DNA of 64,000 nucleotides, taken from Octopus sinensis (Eukaryota). The notes beneath the pieces are model-generated. The model searched no databases. It was not told the origin of the DNA and was given only the letters and a program-made list of their open reading frames with translations. Location of the stretch: positions 30,380,001 through 30,444,000 of the forward strand of contig NC_043001.1 of NCBI RefSeq assembly GCF_006345805.1, written 5' to 3'. Made by a program: the position numbers and the translations under genes. Each line of letters begins with the position of its first letter. Positions within the stretch are counted from its first letter, which is position 1. Shown here piece by piece: positions 10,970 to 23,299 of the stretch.

Positions 10970-11366
10970 GGCGCAGGAGTGGCTGTGTGGTAAGTAGCTT
11001 GCTTACCAGCCACATGGTTCCGGGTTCACTCCCACTGCATGGCACTTTGGGCAAGTGTCTTCTACTATAGCCTCGGCCCGACCAAAGCCTTGTGAGTCGA
11101 TTTGGTAGACGGAGAATGAAAGAAGCCTGTCGTGTATATATATATATATATATATATGTTTGTGTGTCTGTGTTTGTCCTCCCAACATTGCTTGACAACC
11201 GATGCTGGTGTGTTCATGTCCCCGTAACTTAGCGGTTCGGCTAAAGAGACCGATAGAATAAGTACTAGGCTTACAAAGTATAAGTCCTGGGGTCGATTTG
11301 CTCGACTAAAGGCGGTGCTCCAGCATGGCCACAGTCAAATGACTGAAACAAGTAAAGAGTAAGAGT
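10970..11366 (+). mobile_element. Young composite SINE: tRNA-derived A head, (TA)n/(TG)n, D tail
   Basis: GGCGCAGGAGTGGCTGTGTGGTAAGTAGCTTGC...GAAAGAAGCC, microsatellite, GCTTGACAACCGATGCTGG...ATGACTGAAACAAGTAAAGAGTA. Near-identical to 33641, 52024, 58316 and 62575. Confidence 0.9.
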
Positions 11367-11905
11367 AATTCAAAACAATGTGGACAAATAAGCATAACAG
11401 TCAACAGAATAATCTGAATGCTAATAGGTTAATCAGTTCAGCTAATTTGACTATGTTTCTCTTGGTTCATGGGATGTATCTTTTTTTTTCCCACCTCCCA
11501 TAATTTCCTAGCTGCACATACCAATCCACCTGATTGGTCATGCATGAATGTAACAAGTAGACCAATGACATTTCCCTATATATGGATGATAAAGAATCAT
11601 TCAAGGAAGTACACAATATTGCCTGCTGTGCAGTGCATTGGACTTCTTGTGTAACTTCTTAATTCCATATTGTCTGAGCAACTCCAATAGATTTTTATGC
11701 AGATTAGAGTCAAATAGTGCAGCTATGTTGTAAATGATAAGCACTAAAAAGACTTATGTTTGTATTTCAGTGCTTAGTAATGAATACCTGTTGATCTGTT
11801 ACAATTTCATTTTTAGTAAATTGCTATATTTGTACCTGTCTCTTAAAATCAGTTTTGAATAAGCATCAGTGTCATGATGTAAGTAAACCAGTATTTATTC
11901 AATTA

Positions 11906-12135
11906 GGCGGCGAGCTGGCAGAAACGTTAGCACGCCGGGCAAAATGCTTAGTGGTATTTCGTCTGTGTTACGTTGTGAGTTCAAATTCCGCTGAGGTCGA
12001 CTTTGCCGTTCATCCTTTCGGGGTCGATAAATTAAGTACCAGTTACACACTGGGGTCGATGTAATCGACTTAATACCTATGTCTGTCCTTGTTTGTCCCC
12101 TCTGTGTTTAGCCCCTTGTGGGTAATAAAGAAATA
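11906..12135 (+). mobile_element. Full-length tRNA-derived SINE family B with target-site duplication
   Basis: GGCGGCGAGCTGGCAGAAACGTTAGC...GAGTTCAAATTCC...GGGGTCGAT, flanked by a 16-bp TSD AGTATTTATTCAATTA (11890-11905 and 12136-12151). Confidence 0.92.
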
Positions 12136-12364
12136 AGTATTTATTCAATTAGGTTTTTTTCCCATTTCTTTAAGATATGAGTTATGTGAACATTTTGACA
12201 AATCATAACAGGGCCGCTAAATAATACAATGAAAATAACAAAAGAAAAATGGATGGTATTTATTATACCTGGTTATTTTCGTCATCTCTGTATCTATACA
12301 CTTGAATTGATGAATTTATAAATATAAAATAATGCTTAATTTTTTTTAAATTATTCTATTTCAG

Positions 12365-12513
12365 GTCATTACTCTAAAGACCCTGCATTTGGAATATAGA
12401 CCAGTTGAGGCTAAGAGGAAACTTTGCAATAAATTTGATTTATTTTTAGCTGATAGAAGTATATTTGGACCATTGCCACGAATATTAGGAAGAGATTTCT
12501 TCAGACGAAAACG
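12365..12513 (+). CDS. RSL1D1: RSL1D1 exon 4
   Basis: TTTCAG|GTCATT...AAACG|GTATGT; VITLKTLHLEYRPVEAKRKLCNKFDLFLADRSIFGPLPRILGRDFFRRK (cf. EYKSYEAK...FDFFLTD...LPSLIGRHFY); 149 nt. Confidence 0.95.
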
Positions 12514-12623
12514 GTATGTGTTTCCTGTTACAAGTTTTACTTTCATAATTTGACATTTACTTTACTGTAATACTTGACATTTCCATGTTAATATTTTCTT
12601 AAAAATTCAATTTTTTTTTATAG

Positions 12624-12725
12624 AATTCCTATAAAAGTCGATCTAAAATCTGATAAACTTAAGGAAGAAATTAACAGTGCTGTCAATGACAGTTTTTTAG
12701 TCATAACTGGAAGAGGATCTTGCTG
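12624..12725 (+). CDS. RSL1D1: RSL1D1 exon 5
   Basis: TTATAG|AATTCC...TGCTG|GTAAGT; IPIKVDLKSDKLKEEINSAVNDSFLVITGRGSC; 102 nt, phase 2 to 2. Confidence 0.93.
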
Positions 12726-12959
12726 GTAAGTAATGTTTATTAGATTTTAATGTTTACTGTATAATTTATAAGCCAATTATTTATCCTTTGGATTAGCATA
12801 ATTGTCATTGTTTTAATATCCACTTTTTCATGCTTGTATGATAAAGACAGAATTCATTGAGGCAGATTTTCAATAATCAGATGCCCTTTCTGTCACCAAC
12901 ACTCATTGATTTCCAAGTAAAGTGTTTTCGTGGAAAATTGAAAATGAATAACTCTTCTA

Positions 12960-13160
12960 TTAAAACAGTGATGCTTGTTTTACAACCATTGTGTGATGTC
13001 AAGACAAAGAGATACATATATGTATACTCTAAGTTTCTATCTACCAGTTCCACTTGCAAGGCTTTGGTCATCCCTGGGCTGTCGTAGAAGACACTCAGTA
13101 GGACTGAATCCAAAGCCACATGAATGAGAAGCAAACTTTTAACCTCATAGCCATACTGAC
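12960..13160 (-). mobile_element. Diverged family A SINE, antisense, in RSL1D1 intron 5
   Basis: Reverse complement aligns to the A consensus (TTCAGTCCTACTG...GTGTCTTCTAC...ACCAAAGCCTTG...GGTAGATAGAAAC). Confidence 0.7.
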
Positions 13161-14153
13161 ATCATAGATGAAATTCTGTCCAATGAAAAATATATTTAGT
13201 GCAAGAATTAAAACAAATATTAATATACTAAACAGGATTTGCCAAATTTTAAATTGCTTCAGTTGTTACAGATATTAATTATTTGATAATCAACAAGAGT
13301 TTCTTGGTAAATTGTGATGTATATATGTGGATTACTTACCCATTGGTTAAAGCTCTAACTCCTCATGTAGTTTATAAAGTACAAAGTAAACTAGTGCAAA
13401 ATTTGAGCACTTTTCTATTCTGATCGGAAGTGGAAATTTTGTGGAAATATATCACTTTGAGGTTCCTCCTAAGAATTTTTGTTCCAAATCTTCAAGGGGC
13501 TCCAAAAATATAAAGTATTTGCAGGAAGGTGTGAGGCATTTTAGCATCACTGATTTGATGCTGATTTATTTGACATCAGATGTTTTAATGTGTCTGTCTG
13601 TCTCTCCCCTCTCTGTTTATGTGAAAACACATTTCTCTTTGTGCATGATGAGAGGGAAAGAGTTTATATCAACCATGTTCGATTAATAAATTGTAATGTC
13701 TGTCACTCTATCTATATGTGTGCACATGCATGCATCTGTTTGCCTCTGGTATTAAAACACACTGTTACTACAAGTTGAGTCTCCAGTTAGCCATGCCACA
13801 CCCAATTGTCTCGTTTCAGTTGTAGACTACCTTAAACCACTACATCATCTGTTGGGTAATATGTTAGTTCAAGTATTGATTAATGTAACAACAGCAATTG
13901 CTAAGACATCAAGTTTATACTAAGACAGCATTCATTTTTCCTCTAGATGATTATCACATCTTTTTTTAAATATTAGTGCCATAAACAACTTAATTTGTTC
14001 AGAGACTAGCTGCAATTCATAACTTTCACATGCATAAAGTAGCACTTGGATAAATTTTGAATTCTGTTCCTGTGACAAGTACGGGTACTTTATAGTACAG
14101 AAAGTAGTTTTTCTTTGATTCATGTTTAATGCTATTTTCTTTTTACTTACCAG

Positions 14154-14323
14154 CATGGCACATATTGCCAATTCTTCTATGAAACAAACTGAAGTTAGTG
14201 ACAATATTATAGCTGCTGTTAACAGTCTTTGTCAATCTATTCCTGGGGGAGCTGAAAACATACGAAATATCTACTTAAAGACTGAAGATTCACCATCCCT
14301 GCCAGTTTACTTAGCAGCATCAG
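14154..14323 (+). CDS. RSL1D1: RSL1D1 exon 6
   Basis: TTACCAG|CATGGC...TCAG|GTAAAT; MAHIANSSM...NIIAAV...IPGGAENIRNIYLKTEDSPSLPVY (cf. IENIVAV...VKTEKSAALPIF); 170 nt. Confidence 0.95.
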
Positions 14324-14860
14324 GTAAATTATTTTATACTTTGTTGAGTTTCATTGTTGAAATCTGCTTTGTGAGAAGTAATCTACTTTACTTATAAGCT
14401 AGAGTGTTCAGAGTGTTTCATTTAAGTATACAGAATATGATGACCAACTATTATTGCATTGGTATTATATTCGAGGCAAGCAGAGTTGTATTCAAAACAG
14501 TTATGACACAGAACAAAGTAAATACACTACTTAAAAAGGTTTCGCTTCTACTTCATGATTGCATGGTTAATGGTTAGAATACCAGCAAAAAATTAGGTTT
14601 GTTTACAGCCATACCATATTGGCAACATTGGGTCTAGTTAGTATGTAGGGACCACTTGAGAAACCTAGATACTGTAAACATCTTTCATTTAATAGTGATG
14701 TCCCAGCATGGTCGTGTGAATGAGTTGGAAAAGGTAAAAGAGAATGAATGTAGAAGAAATAACTCATCTGTTTATTTGTCTAGTTCTAATGATATTAATA
14801 GGAACTTCATGTAGAAATTTGTTTCACTCAAGTACCTTATTCAATTTTGACATCCTTTAA

Positions 14861-15069
14861 CCCTTTAGTGTTCCAATTATTCTATCAAACATAATGCTTA
14901 TTGATTCCCATTGATTTGACTTAATCATGCATTATCTCATATCTTCAAGATGTTGATGGTGTAATTACTTAATGTAGAATAACATTGTAGGGTAGGTGTG
15001 AGAGCTTGGATCTGGTCGGTTTGAACATAAAATAGATTAACTATTTTGGCCGGTTTAAATACTAAAGGG
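14861..15069. mobile_element. piggyBac-like MITE
   Basis: TTAA|CCCTTTAG...CTAAAGGG|TTAA. Same family as 61497-61717. Confidence 0.85.
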
Positions 15070-15238
15070 TTAAAAGACCATTGATTATAATGTTTGAACA
15101 AGGAAACCTTGCATAACACTATTTAACTTCGCTTTTTTTTTTTTTTTCCACAAAAAATGCCATTTATAATTGTTGCTTTTTAAAATCTGTTTATAATGTC
15201 ATTTAGTTATTTTTTTTTCTCTTCTCTCTCTTCTTCAG

Positions 15239-15558
15239 GTAATGCTGACATAGAAGATCATGAGCAAGCACTCGCTCAAGCAGAGCCTGAACCAGAAGAA
15301 ATTACATGGAAACTGCGCTCAGATGCGTATGTGGATGACAATAAAGAAATAATCCTCTGTAATAATGATAAGAAGAGAAAGTTACTGTGGGGGAATGAGG
15401 ATTTTTCAAATACGCCCTTTAAGAAACACATAAAGAAGAAGAAGAAGGGGAACGCTACTGTAAATACAAGTAAACGCAAAACACTAAAGAAGAAAAAAGC
15501 CCGTGAAATATGGAAGGAGATAAAAAAGAATAAGCAAAATAAAAAAAATGTTACTTGA
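15239..15558 (+). CDS. RSL1D1: RSL1D1 exon 7 (last; acidic then Lys-rich tail, TGA stop)
   Basis: Polypyrimidine tract, CTTCAG|GTAATG, phase 1 matches exon 6. The summed CDS is 1059 nt = 352 aa plus stop. Confidence 0.88.
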
Positions 15559-15649
15559 AAACTTTGTAGTTGAAGTTACTTAAGTAAAAGCATTTGAATA
15601 CATTTTTGGTTTGAATAATATTTATTTATTAATACATCCTCTACAATTG

Positions 15650-15990
15650 CAGGCAAGGCTGTGTGCTTTAGGTGTTTACTTCCCAACCAGGTTCAATTAC
15701 ACTGCTTGGTTCTTTGGGCAAGTGTCTTCCTAGGCTTACCAATGTTTTGTGGGTGAATTTTGTAAGCAGAAATCGCGGATGCTCAATTTCCCTTTACAAA
15801 ATATGCGAGGGATGGTGGCGGTTTTCTCACTGCTTGACAACTGGTGTTGGCTTATGTCCTGATAACATAGTAGTTCAGCAAAAAGAGACTGATAGAAACC
15901 AAATTTTAAGAATATGTACTAGGACTGATTTGATCAAGTACACCCTTTAAGGCAATGCCCTACCATGATGATAGTCTAATGAGTAAAATA
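15650..15990 (+). mobile_element. Old A-D composite SINE just 3' of the RSL1D1 stop
   Basis: GGCTGTGTG...TTGGGCAAGTGTCTTC...GCTTGACAACTGGTG...AAAGAGACTGATAGAA. Confidence 0.65.
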
Positions 15991-16286
15991 AAACTATGGA
16001 AATGATTTATGCAGTGTTCTATACACATATATATATATATATGTGTGTGTGGGTGTGTGTGTCTCTTCTTGATAAACATTAAGGTATAGTTTCAGTGTGA
16101 TTTGGCTGCTAGATGTAAACATATGAATGGTAGAAGAGACAGAGTTTATATCTCAACACTAGCTTAATTCTTAAGTAACCAAATTCTCTTAAATTATACC
16201 CTACTATCTTAAAATATGAATACTACAGTAAACAGTGTTGTCCTAGATATACAAATAAATCTGCTCAATCACGTTGACTAAGTGAA

Positions 16287-16439
16287 ATTAAGACTATAAA
16301 GTCGTCTGTACCCTACATTTGGTTTGCAGCAGGTTTGTCTCATTACTGGCAAGACTAAAGAGTATTCTCTTCCCTATGTTGTCTCCATACGTACTTGTTC
16401 ATGTATTTCTCACACAAACGGTTAAGAGAGCTGGAGCAA
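16287..16439 (+). repeat. Local direct duplication, copy 1 (copy 2 at 17230-17392)
   Basis: ATTAAGACTATAAAGTCGTCTGTACCCTACA...GGTTAAGAGAGCTGGAGCAA occurs twice with few differences. Confidence 0.9.
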
Positions 16440-17229
16440 GAGACTTCCAAATTTTTCATTGCTTTTAAAATATGAAACATGAATGGAGTACTTTGTTAGA
16501 AATATTATCAAGGAACAGTGAACACATCAAAAGAATTAGATTTTAACCGTTTTGATGCCAACCTGCCCAAAACCACCTTAGTTCTGATACAAACTTTTTA
16601 TTATAAAACTATTTTAAAATGCTCTAACTAAAACCTTCCATTACACTTTGATTTTCACAATGACAAAGTTATTGTACTAAATTCTTCATTACCAGGAATA
16701 TAGTCTCAAGGGTTACAATCATTTAGGTGAGAGAACCACTGAAATTCATTTTTAAAATTTGGTTGCTTTTGCCTAGACATCTTTGTGAGATGAAGCCTGA
16801 GATCTAATTCCCCAAATCTTAATATTAAATTTGTTGTTAGTGAGAAGACGAAACATTGAGGCACTCAACTTGAAGCAATAAAGCAAGAGTTCGTGTTTCG
16901 GGCAGGTTAACACTTCATCTGTTTTAAGTCATTATCCTATTTTCAACATCAAAAAGCTTTAGTGACTTTATCTTCGGCTTCAGTACAAAGGGGATCTAAC
17001 CATCCATCACCTCCTGTAAGAAGAAAAACACATTAATGTTAATTATCATAATTTTACATTCACTTTCCGTACTGGCATGGGTTGGCTGGCCCTGTTAGAC
17101 ATGTCTTCATCATACATTCCATTTTGGCATGGTTTCTAGAGTTAGGTACACTTGCTGTCACCAACCACTTAAGCAAGTACTGAATTCATGGTATTATAGA
17201 ACAAGCACTACAGAGGTTGTCTTGCTCCT

Positions 17230-17392
17230 ATTAAGACTATAAAGTCGTCTGTACCCTACATTTTTCTACATTTGGTTTGCAGCAGGCTTGTCTCATTACT
17301 GGCAAGACTAAAGAGTATTCTCTTCCCTATGTTGTCTCCGTACATACTTGTTCATGTATTTCTCACACAAACGGTTAAGAGAGCTGGAGCAA
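17230..17392 (+). repeat. Local direct duplication, copy 2
   Basis: Same as 16287-16439, plus a short internal TTTTTCTACA-type duplication. Confidence 0.9.
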
Positions 17393-18119
17393 AAGACAAG
17401 AATAAGACAAAAGAAGAACCAAATTAATAGGAGAAAAACGTGGTACAAGAGATGGAGAGAAGAGTACAATAGGTACATTATACAGAGTTCCTACATGTTT
17501 TTTTTGCATATTAAGCATTGGCTATTTTCCCAGTGGCAGCACTATCATGTCTGTTTTTGTTAAGACTTTGGTTCTAGCCAGTTATTTAGAGACATCCCAA
17601 TTCTAAGTTTTGCTGTCAAGCTTGGAATTTACTCTCTGAACGTTTGGCTGATTGAGTTATGTGATCTAGGCCATCAACACGCAAGAGTCCTTGTGGTCAA
17701 CTAGTGCAGGATCATAATAAACAAAAGGAAATTGACTAAACTCTTGATTTACACCAACATGCTAAATTCCTGGCTAAAATTGTTAACTTACAGTACTTAC
17801 AAGCCATTTGTCTACTTCTAGTTTACTTACAAAACCCCAGAATGAGAACCCTGTCAAAGACCTTTTCCATATTGACAAAAGTTTGAGTGGTTTGCTCACT
17901 TGGAAGAGGGTATCAGAGGTACCCCAACATGGCATGAAATCATATTGTATGTCATCTAAGCTAATTCTCTTCTCCATCAGTTCAGTTATAATTTTGTAAA
18001 TTTCAGGGGAATCTTATTTGAAACTGATTAATATCTGCCAAGCTATAATTCTTTCTACTCTCTTGTATGGATTAGAATTTTGGGTGCCCTATCAACCAGC
18101 TTGATGTTTTTCATAAGTA

Positions 18120-18400
18120 ATGTCTTTGGATTATTTTAGATGAAGCCTGAATAATAGAAAGTTTGAATACAAAATTGATGTTATTAAATCCTTTCTTTCG
18201 CAATCCCAGTTAAGATGGATTGATCTTGATCATGTCATCAGAATGAGTGACAACAACATTCCAAAAGTCCTTATGTACGACCAGGCACCATAATGGAAAG
18301 AGAGACATAGGAAGATCATGGCTTGAGTACAAAAATAAGCTCGTAGTTAACTTGAAAGTGACAGATTTCCCCAAAAACATTTGAAAAGATTGTTGAATCA
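18120..18400 (+). mobile_element. RTE LINE C-terminal ORF remnant
   Basis: SQLRW...HVIRMSDNNIPKVLMY...GKRDIGRSWLEYKNKL resembles QLRWxGHVxRM...IPKxxxYG...GxRxxGR. Confidence 0.75.
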
Positions 18401-19599
18401 CAACGAATAAAAGTTAACTTGTTATAAAGCCACAACAAAAACTATGAAGCCATCTAAATCATCTTAACGAATTGGGAGCAAAGACAGTCTTAATTTAATG
18501 CCTGCAACTTTATATAACCATACTCTTTTCATTTCCAGAAAGGGTAGAAAAATTTCTTGGTAGTAAATGGAACCAACTCCAAATGAGAAAAGGCGGTAAG
18601 TGAATAAAATTGACATACTCTTAAGGAAAAAACAGCCTGGTTGTCTCAAGACAAGAGGACAGCTGTGGATACATGTATTTGCCTCAATCAACATTATCAG
18701 CACAGCAAGTGTCTTACGTTATCCCCAACATATGGAACAATATAACACATTTATGGCCTAGAGAATGAAATAAAGATGAGCTAAGAGAAATCACTCAGAA
18801 TGGCTAGTCATTTGTGATTAAACAACAAAAATGAATAAGGGTATATTAAATATACAAGATATTTACTGATGTATTGAAATGAGAGGAATTCCATTTCCAA
18901 AAAAAATGTCACATCAATATTGGTTAATTATTGATCCTTGAAATTATCTCTTTTCTCTTTTGGAGTTGGTCCTAATTGTCACGAAATAATTGTGCAACCT
19001 TCTCTCGGTTTGTGACTGGCTGTTCTACCCTTTTGAAAACCTCTCGAAAAAAAAAAATCCCTTACTTGAAAGCAGGTAATGGTTGGTGACAGGAAGTGCA
19101 TCCAGTCATAAAATCCAGCTTCAAAATCCCCCACCCATTTAACCAAAGCTAGCATGAAAGAATGGAGAAGAAATGTTTAATATTGTATAACCAGCATACT
19201 GTCCTTACCATCTTTGGAATATTATGGGTTAAGAGAAGGTGGCGAGCTGGCAGATTTGTTACTATGTTGGGCAAAATGTTTAGCAGTCTTTCATCCTTTC
19301 AGGGTTGATAAAAGAAATACCAGTTGAGCACTGGGGGTCGATGTAAACGACTCACCCACTCCCACAAAATTGCAGGCCTTGTGCCGAAATTTGAAATCAA
19401 TATTATAGGCTAAGAGTGTAGTGGATATGGTTGAGGGGTAAGAGACATTTTGGTGTTGCTGATTTGATATCAGACATTTTGATGTTTCTCTCTTTATGTG
19501 TGTAAGCATATTTTTCTTTATGTGTATGAAGAGAGGGAAAGTGTTTATGTCAATCATAAAATTGTAATGTCTCTCTCTCTCTCTCTCTTTGTATCTATC

Positions 19600-20170
19600 T
19601 TTCGTCTTTTACTCGTTTCAGTCATTTGGCTATGGCCATCCTGGGGCACTGCCTTGGAAGGTTTTTTTAGTTGAACAAACTGACCTCAGGACTTATTTTT
19701 TTAAGCCTAGTACTTATTCTATCAGTTTCTTTAGCCAAACTGCTAAGTTACAGGAACATAAACACACCAACACCAGCTATCAAGCAGTGGTGAGGGAAAA
19801 ACAAACACAAAGACAGACACACATAGATATATACATCATCATCGTCATCATTTAACATTTATCTTCCATGCAAGCATGGGTAGGATGGTTGACAGGAGCC
19901 GGCCAGGTAGAAGACTACAGGTTACTGTGTTTGTTTTGGCAGGATTTTTATGGCTGGATATCCTTCCTAACACCAACCACTCTGCAGAGTGGACTCAGTG
20001 CTTTTTATACGACAGGCTTCTTTCAGTTTCCATCTACTAAATCCACTCACAAGGCTTTGGTTGGCCCAAGTCTATAACAGAAGACACTTGCCCAAGGTAC
20101 CATACAGTAGGACTGAACCTGGAACCATGTGGTTGGGAATTAAGCTTCCTACCACACAGCCACACTTGTG
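19600..20170 (-). mobile_element. Antisense A-D composite SINE interrupted by an RTE 3' tail
   Basis: D part at ~19600-19810 and A part at ~19990-20170 (both reverse), with an RTE tail at ~19830-19990 between them. Confidence 0.7.
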
Positions 20171-21008
20171 CCTACGTCTATGTGTATATTTCTGTGTGCA
20201 TGTGTATGTGTGAGTTTACCTCCAGCATCAAAAAATACTGTCACCAGAACATACTGAATGTCAAGTCAGCTGTGCCACATCATCAGCACCTAAACAGTTG
20301 CACTCAATCATCTCATTCTAATAGTTGGAACAGAAGGAAATGAAGAAAATGCTCTATGATTTACTGCAATGATTCTCAGAAAGTGAAGTCCTCTCCAACC
20401 AAGGGAAGTGCAAAGCTTTGGCAAATTTGGGGGACAATGATAAGATTGGTCAATTGTAAAGACAGCAAATTAATTATAATACAAACCAAAATCAAGATCT
20501 TGAATATTACATTTGAAGACTAACTCTCCATTTACCCAAATTTGTACAGCATTCCAGTCAGGAATTTCCTTCAGTTCCACAGTATGGCCACTCTTTGTAA
20601 AAATGTCTAAAGAAAAGAAGAAAATTGTTTTATAACATATAGTCATTTGCTTCTAGAAAGAATAATTTCGAAGACAGTAATGGATGGTAGTAAACTGAAA
20701 TGTTGAAATTTAATTTTCTTTCTATGCTACTATACATTGTCAAACAAGCATGCAAATTTTGACTTTTTTATAAACCAGTGTATTGCATGATCTATAAAAT
20801 GATTAAGGAGCAGATTCAGTGTTTGATGTAGTGTAAGAAGTAGTGCTTTTGTAAAATTGTCAGCTACACTGCTCTCATTTATGGCTTCCAGAACTCAGTA
20901 GCACCCACTAAAGGCCACATAACAGTACCTAACTTTGGCTACTGAGCAAGAACTAAGCAGAGGGTATCAGTGATCTCAGATTGCTGTACAGGAGATATCA
21001 CCCCTTAA

Positions 21009-21229
21009 CCCTTTCGTTACCGTATTTATTTTGAGATGCTCTGTGTTTCTTTCAATTACTTTAAGTATAACAAAGAATTTAGTAAAATAACTTGGTTATC
21101 ATTCAGCTAGTGTTGTGAACATAAATTGTGATTAAGGTTTGGTGGAAGATTTTAATTCAAAACTTATGAAAACAAGGCATTTGTACTACAGAGCCAGAGC
21201 CGATTTCAGCCGGGTTGGTATTGAAAGGG
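21009..21229. mobile_element. piggyBac-like MITE (second family)
   Basis: TTAA|CCCTTTCGTTACC...GGTATTGAAAGGG|TTAA. Inverted sibling at 38868-39086. Confidence 0.85.
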
Positions 21230-21790
21230 TTAAGTGCATGTAGACTGAAGTGGCAGATGAGGTAGAAGATCCTTATATGGTCAATGACAGAGATTTGACA
21301 GCAGTATGTGTGGTACATCTAGGGCACTTGATGGAATACAGACTTGTAATCAATCTCCGTGGAAGAGATTGGGACGCCACCATTTGATAATTGTACTTGT
21401 AGTAAATCATGGAGCTTAGATGTACACCTTTGACATTTAATCTGCTGAGAGCAGGATGACACCTGCAAGTTGATCTTACGCCTGTTCATGTTACATATAC
21501 CTATCTCATCTTTTCTGTCTATTTTTTCTCTTTTGATGTCATAGAATGAAGTGTAGCACACAGTAAAACAAGTAATGATTAGATTTCAATTTCTCACTGG
21601 AGACGTTTCATTTCATTTGTAATACCAGTTAAGAAATTTTTTTTAAATGTGATTAAGAAAAACACGTTTTATCTCCACTAAAACCATAAAGAAGTTTTGA
21701 CAATACAAACAGTTAGGAAATAAGTAAAGGCAACCTTCAATAAAACATGACACGTATGCAGTTAAGATGCTGTATATTGACAGCATCATC

Positions 21791-21900
21791 ATGGCCCAGT
21801 GGTTAGGGCAGCGGACTCGCGGTCATAAAAACCTGGTTTCAATTCCTAGACTGGGCATTGTGTTTATTAAACAAAAACACCTAAGCTCCATGAGGCTCTT
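21791..21900 (+). mobile_element. tRNA-derived SINE head (third family)
   Basis: ATGGCCCAGTGGTTAGGG (A box)...GGTTTCAATTCC (B box), then AAAACACCTAAGCTCCA. Sibling at 35680-35860 minus. Confidence 0.7.
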
Positions 21901-22439
21901 TCACCACAATTTTCTCTCACTCTTTCTTCCTACTTCTGCCACAAAGCAGAGGAACCATGGTGTAACCCACTATGGTGTGGTAAACTTTCAGACCCTAGTC
22001 TAGATTGCAAATCCTCTGTACCCCAGGATGGTTCAGCTTTCCACCGGTTAAAAGCCACCGTTTACGGAATGAAGATAACAACGTAGCTTTCGTGCCTGTG
22101 CAACTGCCAGTCTATCACGTGTGGTGGGTGGATCTTCAAGTTGCCGCATGCATTTTTGTAGCTTAGAGTAGGTCCAAATTGGAGATTATTCTTTGTGGCT
22201 AATGGCATGAGTAAGGAGGAGGAGGAGGAGGAGGAGAAGAAGAAGTAGAAAAAGAAGAAGCATGATTCAAACTTTACTATATCTATTATTTTGTACTCCT
22301 GAGGAAATACATTTTTTTTTAAATGATTAAGTCAGATGAAGTAAAGTAGTGCTAATGACCCTTTTGTAGGCCCTCCATATCGAGTGTTGGAGGTGAGGGA
22401 GAAACAATAACATAGATCTTGTAGATTATTTTTAAATAT

Positions 22440-22915
22440 ATGATGGAGTAGGATATGACCCAGTCACCCATATGGAAATGGTAGACCCAAAAAGATATGG
22501 GACAAAGTGGTGAAAAAGGATCTACAGATGTTGGGACTCACAGAAGGGAAGACAGGAAACCATAACTCCTGATAGTTTCCTGCACTTGAGGAGACACACA
22601 ATGCTAAGTAAAGGCATAGTTGTCCTTGCATACAGGCTTGGCCCCTGTATCCCTCTCCAGCTGAGCATTCCTAATCTTGTGGGTTCGTGGGTGCTGGTGT
22701 CACATAAAAAGCACCCATGCCATTGCCACATAAAAGCACCTGAGCTGATGCTGAGTAAAAGGACCCAGTATACTCTGTAAAGTGGTTGGCATTAGGAAGG
22801 GCATCCAGCTGTAGAAACGATGCCAAAACAGACAGCTGAAAAGCTGCCCAGCTCCTATAAAACCATCCAACCCATGCCAGCATGGAAAAGGAACATTAAA
22901 TGACGATGATGATGA
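22440..22915 (+). mobile_element. RTE LINE 3' end (ORF terminus plus UTR)
   Basis: GRPKKIWDKVVKKDLQMLGLTEG, then the common UTR (GTTGGCATTAGGAAGGGCATCCAGCTGTAG) and (GAT)n tail. Confidence 0.8.
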
Positions 22916-23299
22916 TGGGAGATCAGGAACTTTCCAAAAGGCTCCCAAGAGCCAGGTGGTAGTGTGAAACCAAAGAAAGGATTAAATCTACCATCCGAAA
23001 AATATAGCCCATCTGACAGATTTTCATACTGTTTGTCTTCTCACACAATGCTTTGGTAGAAGACATCAGCCCTGTTTACTGTGTAGAAGGATTGAATCTG
23101 GAACCATATAATATAAAGCAAACGTTTTAACTACAAAACTAGCTGCTTACCTATGGTTCTAGTTCTACTCAAAAGAAGATTTGTTTTTTCTAGCTCAGAG
23201 CCGAGAAAACTAATAAGGAGAATACAAGAGGTGGTTGTAAAAGCCAGCTTCTATATATGGCTGAAGCGAGAAGACCAAAAATGGCTTGAAAGTCATAAC

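Noticed and set aside
5465-15238. Intronic box C/D snoRNAs in RSL1D1 (TGATGA at ~6990, ~13645, ~14437)
   Set aside because: No CTGA D box with a terminal stem at a suitable distance, and the 13645 site is part of a dispersed repeat. H/ACA RNAs could not be assessed by eye.
21240-21561. 80-aa minus ORF and a GC-richer block
   Set aside because: No recognisable motif in any frame and no consistent splice partners.
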